From contig NW_002060963.1 in the NCBI RefSeq assembly GCF_000150275.1, forward strand, positions 917,284 to 981,283: DNA of 64,000 nt, read 5' to 3'. Under the pieces are notes generated by a model. That model made no database searches. It saw nothing but the letters and a program-made list of their open reading frames with translations, and had not been told where the DNA came from. The translations under genes and the position numbers were made by a program. The stretch comes from Trichoplax adhaerens. Its lineage: Eukaryota; Animalia; Placozoa. Below are positions 52,466 to 64,000 of the stretch, one piece after another. How positions within the stretch are numbered: position 1 is the first letter of the stretch; each line of letters starts with the position of its first letter.

Positions 52466-55400
52466 TGATCGGTGCATGTTGCGTTTTATGCTGACAAGGA
52501 TTGGAAGCACATCTACTGATCTCTTGAAAGTAATTTTTAAATAAACAAACTTTGGTTATAAAAGTTTTCACAGCTTAAAGTTCTAATAATATGATATAGT
52601 ACGTAGTATTAAATTATTTTAATAAATGAGCAAATAGATCGATAATTCGAACAATTTTACAAAATAGCGCACTCGTTCCTGAATTGCACCCTTTGTATAA
52701 AGCAGACTAGTTCAGAATATAACCAAATACAATTTGTTAAGGGCATTCTGTAGTGACTGTAATCTTAGCTGTTACAAGGTACAAGAACTCAAAATTTGAA
52801 ATGATCTTAATTTATGGAAGTAATTTATACTTCTAGAACTTGACTTTAAATCAATAATTACAATTAATTATTATTCAGAATTTATGATGAGAAGTATGAC
52901 TTCTGTAACAATTTATAGAATATTATTTAATATTTATAGTTATATTCTACTACATACATAAATATAGTTAAATCTATCACAATCAATAATAAATCACATC
53001 TTTATCAAAAATACTTAATATTTACCATATTGACAATTATTTCCATACGTTTTTACGGTACAATTGCATGTATAGTTATACACACCGAGAGCGATACAAA
53101 TGCCTCCGTTCTTACATAACGAACTATTTGTTCGGCATATATTACCATCTTAAGTATAGCAGAAATAAAGCGAATTCAGAATTGAATTAATTTAATTATT
53201 TCATATAGCTGCGATATGTAGATATAGGTTCATAAAACTGAACTAAATCTATTAATAAACATTGAATTCGATTAATGTAAAAAGAAATAATTTATCTATA
53301 ATAAGGTATTTATTAAGGTTTAGGACACTTGAAAGTTGAATTATCGATACCTGTTTCGCAATAGATTCCTGTTCGATCGAAGGGACAAATGCATGTATAG
53401 CCATTGGTTTGATCGTGGCATGTACCGTCGTATAGGCAAGGATTTGAGGAGCATTCGTTGATATCTATACGGTGATAAAATCATTTGGTTTTAGATAGAT
53501 TTTTATGTACAGTACTTCAAATTCGATTTAATTTGTGTATAGATTTATGTCCATACGCGTATATACGAGTTCTTACTAGTTTCGCATTGATCGCCGCTAT
53601 ATCCTAACGGACAGTTACATTTGTAATCATTCATATTCTCTGTACAGGTACCATTATTTTGACAAGGCAATGCCTGGCATTCAGTGATATCTATGAAATT
53701 TGTTATAATCTTTATCTTAATCTATGTTTTTGCTCTGTAGTCTATTACAGTATTACTAGTATGTTGGCTACAGCATGGTATATTTCGCTATGATGCCATT
53801 GTGCTATATATTGCTACATATTATCTATTGCTTAATAATATTTTATAGCATTATTGGGTTAGTGTTTTGTGAATACAGCTTAACATATAGTAAATATATC
53901 AATTACGCCAATAAACACCGTTACTTCCAATACCGTACCGTAATTTTAGGTAATTTAATGTCATTATGAAATATTATGACTATTACTAATGTGATAATCA
54001 TATTTAATATAAGCGCATTTAATGATTTTAGAACTTTAACTAATGATTAATAAAGTTACAGTATTACTGTAAATAAAGTATACAGTAACTTACTAGCAGA
54101 AATATCGAATTACTACAATTAATGCTAATAATTCTATTACAGTCATTCCAAAAAGTATTTTATTAGTATAAAAATAATGTAATTTCCACCAAAATGATGT
54201 GTTATTTATTCCAATTGGTATATTTGATGTTTTAAAACTCAACTAAAGGCACTGAAATATTAATTTTTAATTGAAGATGGGATAATCAATTTCCAGTTGC
54301 AAAATTAATGAAACATTAGCTGTTTATATTTATTTGTTAAAAAATACAAGTAGTTAATTTTAAATTAGTTTCAAAATATATCAATTTCAAGATATTAAAC
54401 ACTTACTATATTGGCAGTTATTTCCATATGTTTTGGTTGTACAATTGCATGTATAGTTATACACGCTATGAGCGATACAAAGGCCTCCGTTTTGACATAC
54501 CGAGCTATTTGTACGGCAGGTATTACCATCTTAAGTACCGGATAAATGAAAGATCATGATTAGAGAATCGTTTTAATTTAATTTATTTATATTAAATAGC
54601 TATGATTTAGCTGTATATTATATTTGCAGTGAATAAATCTACATGTGAACATGTAGTGATTTTAAACTATATACAGTAGTTGTGGGAATCTAAGATATTG
54701 CAGTAATATTTAGTAAACGAATTATGCGATATAGAATAATAGGTTGAACCTATAAAGTAAATGTAGATTGTGATTGTATAAATAAACAGTGCACTCGTAA
54801 TATAGATATTATATGTTAAAAGGGATTAAACCAATTTAATACATAATATTAAATTTGATTCGTACAGAAAATAATTTATTAAAATTAAGTGTTTACTAAG
54901 GCTAAGATTCCTAGAATGTAGAACTATCGATACCTGTCTCGCAATAGATTCCTGTTCGATCAAAGGGACAATTGCATCTATAACTATCGATTTGATCTTG
55001 GCATGTACCGCCATATAGACAAGGATTCGATGAGCATTCGTTAATATCTAAAGATTAATGAAAAAATTTAATTTTATAATATTTAGAATATAATATAGCA
55101 TTTCGAACTTGATTTGATTGGCGATTAAATGTAATGTATAACTCTTACTAGTTTCGCATTGATTGCCGGTATATCCTACGAGACAGTTACACGCATAACT
55201 ATCCACGTTATTTGTGCATGTGCCGTTATGTCTACAAGGCGATGACTGGCATTCATCGATATCTATAAAATTGATAAAGATCTTTATCGTAATCTTTAAG
55301 ACTACTCTATTTCGTAATAAGCGTTTATCTATTACTTAATCTTTTGATAATGCAATAATAGTATTGCAATTAAATTATTTAATTTTAATAATTAGAGTAC

Positions 55401-58400
55401 CAAAGTCGATTTTTGTATCAACATTAATACGACACTATCGTCTTTATTGATAACTATTTACCACAACATATGTACAGTTAAATTTATCATAATTACTATT
55501 AAATTACATTTTAATCAAAGTATTCAATATTTACCGTATTGACAATTACTTCCATACGTTTTTGCTGTACAATTACATGTATAGTTATATACGCCGAGAG
55601 GGATACAAGTGCCTCCATTTATACATACCGAACTATTTATTCGGCATACATTACCATCTTAAATGTAACAGAAAATAATGATGGTAGAATCGTGTTAACT
55701 TCATTATTTCAAATAGTTATAATATCGATATCTGTTCCTAAAACTTTACTACATCTATTACTAAACATCGAATTCGATTACTGTAGAAAATAATATATTG
55801 ATAAAATTGTGTTTACGAACGCTGAGATCATTATAATGTTAAACTATCGATACCTGTCTCGCAATAGATTCCTGTTCGATCAAAGGGACAATTGCATCTA
55901 TAACTATCGATTTGATCTTGGCATGTACCGCCATATAGACAAGGATTCGATGAGCATTCGTTAATATCTAAAGATTAATGAAAAAATTTAATTTTATAAT
56001 ATTTAGAATATAATATAGCATTTCGAACTTGATTTGATTGGCGATTAAATGTAATGTATAACTCTTACTAGTTTCGCATTGATTGCCGGTATATCCTACG
56101 AGACAGTTACACGCATAACCATCTACGTTATCTGTGCATGTGCCGTTATGTCTACAACGCGATGAATGGCATTCGTTGATAGCTGCATTTTAAATTGGAG
56201 ACGGAGTACATATTTCATTATGACACGATACAAATGTGAAAGTATTGAAACATTAAAAGATAGCCCTGCAGCATAATTCGGTCTATATTTTTTTTATAAT
56301 GTGTAATTGTTACTCAATTGATCACTTAATAATTCTACACTTAGTAAATCGATGATTTTAGTTTTCATTACCGTTGAAAGGCTCATAAAAAATCACCATA
56401 TGCGTATGTTTTTTTATAGCTAGAACTGGTATCGCATGTTTTACTGTTTTACTATTATGGCCTAGCTCTTGCGGGCCTTTTTAATTTTTACAAATGTAAT
56501 AAAGCAGAATCTTATCTTAAGTTTTAGTTGGTCTAGCTTTATTGTGAGCAAACGACATAAAATGGCATAAGATATAGTCGATCGTATTACAATTTACTAG
56601 TTGTAAATCTGCTTAATTTAACCGTTTATAGAGGAAAATTTAGAGCCAGTATCAACAAACAATGTAAATCAATAATAATTTTTCAACTATGAGTAAAATA
56701 GAAGTCTTAAGCTAAGCTCATTTCTGTTAAAGTTTAAATAACTTTTTACTTAATTCTAATTCTTACTGAATAATAATTATAAAAATATGTAATAAACGTA
56801 ATATCTACTTTGATAAAATAATATTGTCAATAGTAAGAATATTAAATATGGTTAACTATACGCTCTATTGCAATTAATCATGGAATTATTAACTTACCAT
56901 TATAACAAGTTAGAAAGATATCCAAGCATGAATCAGAAGGAAAATTTACCGAAGTGTTGAAGAAACAACTTGCAGGAGATTCATAATCTGTGCAGGTAAC
57001 ATTACTAGGCCAAATTGAGCCAACGTGAGTATTCGGGAGATAACCATAATTAGATATCGCTGAAAAACCCAACTGTCTGCAAGCTACTTTAGCCGTAAAC
57101 CACCCGAAACTAGGATTACATACTGTACCCCAAGTACCATGATGATATATTTCAAGCCTTCCGCTAGTTGTACCACCGGAAAGATGTAGTTGTCCTTCCG
57201 TAGCTATTTGCAGGAAAATAGAAAAATATTGAATTAAATTGAATGATTGGGCAGATAATCATTATTTACGATTTATCTCAGATAGTAGATGACTTTTTTC
57301 CGTGAAATGAAGTAGACTATAGAGACAATGCATAAATGTATTGTATGTGCTGACGCTGTAAACTTTACATTCACCCTGATTAGCGAATGAAATCTTGACT
57401 GTGTTTGTCTTACCTCTCCAGACTATAGTAATACTGCAATTTAAAACATCTTATATTAAACATTTCATAGCTAGCAATCTTCCAGAATTAATGAGTTTAT
57501 CTTACATTATAACATTTTATTTATAATGTGTCTTAACCAAATTAATGATGTTAATAAAGTATTTTCTCAGTTAGTGCGGTACAGAAATAGATTAAATTAT
57601 TGCTTCTCCTATTTTACGCAACATATTATTAGTATTATAAATAAAATTAAAATGATACATTGAAATCATGCTGCTTTAAACATCAGTAAATACCAAATGT
57701 TTGAAATTTGTTTAATTATTACTTTGACGAATTTAGGGCAATTAATTTAACTAAAACCTACTAGTAATTTTGTAAGATTCAATAGTTACGTAAGCTTCAT
57801 ATCTTGGAAGTTCTCATAATGTGATATGAGGAGACTCAGATTATAGTGCCAGTTATAATATCTCCGAATATTTAACATTACTACTTTTACTAAAGATTAT
57901 AAATTATTACCCAAGGTAGTTGTATGAACAGTTAGAAATTTGTTGCTACCCTTCTGCACTAGTTTTAAGAAATCATTTTTTCGCGTAAGCAGTTACGTGC
58001 GGTTTATGTTATTACGATATAAAATAATGCCAAAATTGAGCATTTACAGTTAAATATGAAGCATTTGTAATTTTGATATTAAACATTGTGTAAGTCGGTA
58101 AATACTATAGAACAAAATTATACCTATTATTACAGTAAAAAGAGAAATTTACATCGTTAATAGTAGCTAATTATTAGAAGTCTTACCTCCATTTGCGGCA
58201 TCTAAATTATGTTTAAAAATAATATCGAATATCAGTAAAAGAATCTTACATATATTTATGATCTTCAACAAGGTTACTTAGTGGTATTACTGCAAATCAA
58301 GGCCTTCTGTATTTATCTCTATAGCTACAAACTATAAACATGACGATATGGCGTGACTTAATCCATTCGTATATATTAACATAATTACTGTGATTTATAC

Positions 58401-61400
58401 TACTAACATTTTCCGCAACGAGTTCCATAGTAGTTATTGGAGCAGTTACACAGCGCTCTTCCTTTGACCGATATACAATCATGATTGTAATAGCATGGAC
58501 GTGATATACAATAATCACCTAGCAGATACAGCAAAATCAGCATACAAAGACATCAAATATAAAAATAAGACATCATACGATACAACTAACGAAATTGTAA
58601 AATACTTGCTACTTCTATACTGTTTTCAGTCATTTAGATATCTTAATAACATGGTATTTATTTTTCGAAGTGCAAATCGCATTATCTAGGTTATGTTTAC
58701 AACATATTTGACTAAGTCCTATTATTAACAGACTGCTTGAAGACAAAATCAATGTTAGTTTTAGTTGTATTGTTAGAGTAAGGAAATAATCTGTTCAGAT
58801 ATGTAGATACATACGGTATTGACAACGACTTCCATAGTATCCATAAGGACACTCACAGCGATATTTATATGCATAATACCCAGTACCGTTTTGTATAATA
58901 CAAGTGCCATAATTATAGCATGGATTGCTTATACACGGATTTTTTTCTGTAACGAAAATAGAAGCAATTATTAATACAAAATATTCATAGGAGATATTAG
59001 AATTTATGTATATGTATAACGTTTATTATAATCTCATAGGAATTATAAAATTTGTTGAAGAGTTAAAGCTTACTTCCTTTCTATTTTTACAGAATGTGAC
59101 AATGATATTGCGATATAGTTCAAAGTAAATTAAAGCGCCATTACTTGTTAACTTTTAGGACTCATAAAGTCGTATCACTAAATATTTACGTTAGTTTAAG
59201 GTATATTCTAGTGCTATGTGTGATCGCAAATGACTGAAGTAGGTTCCATAACCAGACATTTTGCAATCTGATGTATAGTTTATATAGATTATGAATTTCT
59301 AAATTAATTTTTATCTTAAATTACATTATGTCAGATTACTTTTAAGACCGTACCTAACGTCTACTTGTACTGAAAGCCAGAACTTCATATATTCTTATAT
59401 GCACAAGTAATTGCAATATTATTTGTATAACATAAAATTTTAATTCAGAAACATAAAAAAACATACCATCATAACATGTTACACCAACATCTTTATTATG
59501 CCCGCAGTTGTGAACTCCCCAACTGTCATGAGGACATGCGGCTACTAAAGATTCATAACCAGAACAACGCAGGTTAGCAAGCCAAATTTGCCCACTTCCA
59601 CGGCCATATTTATTGCCATACGTAGTTGTATGTGAAAATCCTAACTGTCTACAGATGACGTTGGCATCTAACTTATCAAAGGATTTGCTGCATATCGTTC
59701 CCCAAGTATTATTATAAAGGATTTCAATTCTGCCAGTCGAATTTAATCCATGATCATTAATAAGACGGACTTGCACATCTTTCTCCCATTTATTTGCTGT
59801 TAAAAAATAAGAATAAAAGGGATACTCAATAGAAACAAATAGTTCACAGAATCCTTTATTTCTTGTGCTGTAAATATGCTGCAAATAAACTAATGAGTAC
59901 GCCGGAATATGCCATGTAGTTTTAAAGTATGATTGAATACATTAGTTAACATTTAATAATGCAACTATTAATTTTTAACTGTCTGAATGAATATATACCT
60001 TACTTATGTACAATATCAACTTATAATTAAGTAATCCATGATGAGATAAAATTTTGAACATAAAATATGGTTAGTAAACCTAATTGGTTTATTATTGATA
60101 AGTAGCTTGAGCTGATTTATGTCATCTATAATTAATGCTTTGTAATGCTGCGTAAATTTTAAGATTCCTTCAGCATTAACTAGCTAAGTAATACTCTAGC
60201 TATAATTTCTAAGTACTATAGAAAGTAATATCATCCGTATGATGATTCTACAGCCCTAAGTATCAGGATAATCATCCGGTTTATCTTAGCCGGGTGTCGT
60301 TTCTCAGTTCGACTGATTTTCAAGTAAGGAATTACTATATATAGAGTAGAGACTGTTAGATAAATGCTTTGTATGGAATTGTGATTGATTGGAAATTGGC
60401 TAAGTCTGATTATCCTGTTTACCTTAGCTACTTTTGACTGTGAGAAAAGAAGTGATTCACGGACCTCCCAGAACGTGATTTGCATAGCGGTTTAACAATA
60501 AACCTTTAGAATTTGAAGGCTATGTCTATATCGGCTATTCTTATCGTGAGATAAGATAGTGTTTTGTTAATTCTAGCAAATTGATCAAATGTAAGTGAAG
60601 GGAAGTTAGAGAGATCTTACGTGCTTACTTATTTTAAGTCGAACTAAAGTCAGAGTTGTGTCAAAAGTACTAATGGCATGGATTCTTAAAGTTTCACGAT
60701 TATAGGGAAGCTTAAATATATTATTAGAATAAATTAAAAGCACTACATATTTTCATTTACCTGTAAAGCAACTTAACGTTCGCACATAATGAAAATTTCG
60801 ATCATATGAATCTTGACAATTTGGTATTTCTAGGCTCCTACGTGGACAATTTGCTAGTGAAGACTCATTACCGCTGCACTGAATGTTACTAAGCCAGGCT
60901 GATTCTATTGCAGATTGACGTATATAACTGAAGGATTGCAAAGTTGAGTATCCTAGCTGCTGGCAAGCAATTTTAGCATCGGCCAAGCCAAAACCATGAT
61001 AGCAAATCGAGTTCCAGGTATGATTATAATATATTTCAAGCCGCCCATAGGCACTATTAGTATCACTGGCTAGAAAGAGTTGATTCTTGCTAGCTAAAGG
61101 TATTAATAATGATAAATTACGGAAGGTTTAATTTTTATGATGTCATTTTGTTATAATGGATCCGTATTTGATATGTTACAGATTTAAGTATTTTTAGTAC
61201 CACTTGATTTTATAATCATTATTTAATGCTAAAGACTAAATTTAAACGTAGAAATAATTTCAGATAACTTATACTTCATTTATGGTTAGTTGAGATAGTA
61301 GAGAGTCTGAAAATTACTAAAGACACATATAAACTGAGAATAAAATTCTTTTTCGACTTAATAATGTAATATCTAGGCAGAATAGGGTTATATGTTACGC

Positions 61401-63618
61401 TAAATACTCTATCTTAAAATTTCTAAATTAAACTGACATACGTCGTATATCTATTAGTTTCACTAGTGGAGATAATGTCACATATTAGTGCAATAGGGAA
61501 AATATTGAGAAAAAAACAGAATATAGTCTCACCTGTGCCTGTAGAATCTAGATAGGAAATTAAAAAGATTGAAATTAGAACGCATCCTCTTTTATATACA
61601 CTTGGTAAGACATTATATGACAATAGTACACACTCGCACGGTTCTGCTAATATAGTACAAATATTACAATAAAGATATCAGTACGGTAGTCTGTAAAAGA
61701 TATACATCAACTGCATATGTTGACTTAATTAAATATCCATGAAATACACAAAATAGCATATTTATAAATGTAAATCGTTAGAAAGTATCTAATTTTGAAT
61801 GATTACAATCGGAAACTACGCTAATTTAAGAACTAACAGCCTTGGCAGCGGGTTCCATAATATTTTGATGAACAGTTGCATCGAAAAGTTCCGTTAATGT
61901 TTGTACATGGGTTGTTATTATAACAAGGATTAGGTAAGCAAAGGTCACCTAAAATGCAACGCAAAAACTTGATTAAGCATATATATATACTTATACGCTA
62001 GATTGTTATAGATAATCGCAATCGGTAAACTTGAAAGTATAAATTGAAATAAACTTCTGTATCCTTTCAAAATGGCTGATCAGAGAAAGCAGAACATCTT
62101 TATTCACAAGCTCGTATATATCTGTATTTTAGGATATGAACACTACTATATGGCAAGTTAAAACGATGTATTCTCCTGCACTATTGATATTTAAATAATA
62201 CTTACGATATTGACAGCGATTTCCGTAGTAGCCATAACTGCAAGTGCAATGAGATGTTTTATTTCGTAATTCGCAGGAACCATGAAAACATGGATTTTGG
62301 AGACAAGGGTTGTTTACTATTCATGATGATAATAAACGATGCAATAAATAAAATATAGGCGAAGATAAGATTAGATAATATACTGTAGCCTTGTCACTAG
62401 CGATCGTACTTAAAACTCGAACACTTTCAGAAGTCATATATCATATGCGTTAAAGTGCATTAATGATTTAGTAAATGAAAATAAAAAAGCTAACTATCTA
62501 TGAAATGTTTAGAATTGTCTGATTCAAAATTTTAAAATAGGATATGTAATGAAGCTGTTAGATAAGCTATTGTTGTCAACATCTTATGTTGAAGTGAATT
62601 AGATATAACTTAAAAATAATACCAAAATCTAGGGTTGTTAACAATAATAGGCATACGTAAGTAAGGTTTAAGATAATTCAAGTGTGTTGATTTCAGCTTC
62701 GTAGAATATGATACTGATCATATAATTTTGTTCTCATACTAAACTTTATAAGTGTTAAATCATGTTTTTCGCAATTATCACGTTGTAAACAAGTTAGATA
62801 ACATATTTAAGTAGCTACGCTTTTCTGTCATTGTTGCTCTTAGTCATTCTTTTCTAAGATCTGCTGTTGTAGGAAGTTTCTTTGTCTGTCAGAGCTTGTT
62901 GTACTATTTTGTACGTAGTATCTCAATCGATAGAGAACCAGTAATAAAATCTGCTATTCTTAAAATTACTTGTTTCAACTACATTTTAATTACAGTCAGT
63001 AGAACAGGTTTTATTACAGGATACTAAACCTATTCGTCTTATAATAAATGTTCATAATATGACTATGTTCACATATTAATACGAATTGAGTTTAGAACCT
63101 TCTATCCACTTTCATTAATAAAAATATAAGAAGTCAAGTTGATATTAAATCACAATGGTGCCATTAAACATCACAAATACTCAAAATGTCTAAAGTAAAT
63201 TGATATAATATAACTATACTACCAAATATAAACAAATAATGACAAACTTGGGATTGAAGAAAAAAATATAACGTTTTTTATGACTTACTGTCAAAACACG
63301 TTATTCCGATATCTTCGTCATGCTTGCAATCGTGAACTCCCCAGTCATCGTGATTACATGCTGTTATTGATGATTCATAACCATTGCATCTGATATTGTT
63401 AAGCCAGATGGTTCCATTCCCTTTTCCATATCCTGGACCATATGCGATAGGTTTCGAAAATCCAAGATGTCGGCAGATAACACTTGCATCAGTGTAATCA
63501 AAATTCTGGCTGCATACCGAGCCCCACTTTCCATTGTACAGAATTTGGACTAGTCCTGTTGAATTTAACCCATGTGTGTTTTCAAGACGGATTTGTATAG
63601 CGCTTTCAAGTTCAGTTT
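52466..63618 (-). CDS. Large SRCR + EGF-repeat protein (partial; 5' end beyond window)
   Basis: Four SRCR exons (63289-63618, 60761-61093, 59467-59796, 56898-57203) with G(R/L)xxI..W.(S/T)(I/V)C..F....A.(V/I)xC(R/Q)(Q/H)LG motifs; four EGF exons near 62206-62316, 61838-61948, 58816-58947 and 58408-58519; then ten more EGF exons (56183 down to 52466), several with the calcium-binding DINEC start. All introns are phase 1. Confidence 0.92.
53027..56183 (-). repeat. Three tandem copies of a 3-exon EGF cassette (cbEGF-cbEGF-EGF)
   Basis: Each copy has DI(T/D/N)EC..C.(N/H)NGTC, then [12 protein letters not shown](D/G)[17 protein letters not shown], then [30 protein letters not shown]; copies at ~53027-53690, ~54410-55262 and ~55535-56183. 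Confidence 0.93.
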
Positions 63619-64000
63619 CTATTAAAATAATGTCAGTGCAACATAATACCAAATTAGATTAAATTCAATTGTAAACCTGATAATAAAGTAAAACGTGGGT
63701 AGAGTTTATGAAGAAAAATTAATAGCCATTACTAGTAGTGGATAATATTTTACTATCACTAACAGTAGGTAAAATGAGATATTCGGTAAATTCTTCATAC
63801 ACTCTTATTTTAAAATCAAGAAGATTTACTACAAGTTCTAGAGGAGTAGAGTTGTACAATCGATTTAAAGGAAAGACTGAGAGAATCAACTATTCAGACT
63901 TAAATTCTATATAGCCAGCATTAATGTATCTGTGAAAAATATTTTAAAGTCATTCATTTCGTATGCTATCATTTTGATGAGGAAAAATACTGCAAATTAT

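Noticed and set aside
52466-52522. Apparent frameshift in the last visible EGF exon (QHKTQHAPI instead of QHNATCTDQ)
   Set aside because: The indel is in an A-run within ~25 bp of a contig end, most likely a low-quality base call rather than pseudogenisation.
52079-52571. ORFs containing long X runs
   Set aside because: Artefacts of translating through the N gap.

Overview
AT-rich, intron-dense animal genomic DNA; the short GT-AG introns and gene content are consistent with a compact early-branching metazoan such as the placozoan Trichoplax (inference, not verified). Multi-exon genes reconstructed by hand, in order: a probably decayed membrane-receptor gene (1-2667, -); alpha-SNAP/NAPA (-); an orphan coiled-coil gene (+); DRAP1/NC2-alpha with an AT-hook (-); a GPI-anchored CD73-like 5'-nucleotidase whose substrate-binding residues are altered (-); FAM98 (-) head-to-head with PSMD8 (+) across a six-copy ~325-bp tandem array; POMGNT1 (-); a C16orf89/UPF0764 homolog with an added C-terminal TM (-); and a large SRCR/EGF gene (-) whose 5' end lies beyond the window. 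That last gene probably splices across an assembly gap into an FN3-TM-cytoplasmic tail, giving one receptor with candidate 9-15 nt microexons. Non-coding highlights: tandemly duplicated bidirectional promoters, an ACTGTAC/TACAGT motif clustered upstream of housekeeping genes, a TA-flanked MITE, a 25-bp hairpin with a 7-bp target-site duplication, a cluster of ACGCGT-centred palindromes, and a + strand promoter with a splice donor but no downstream + strand gene. No rRNA, tRNA or CRISPR array was recognised. Exon boundaries were read by eye and may be off by a few bases.
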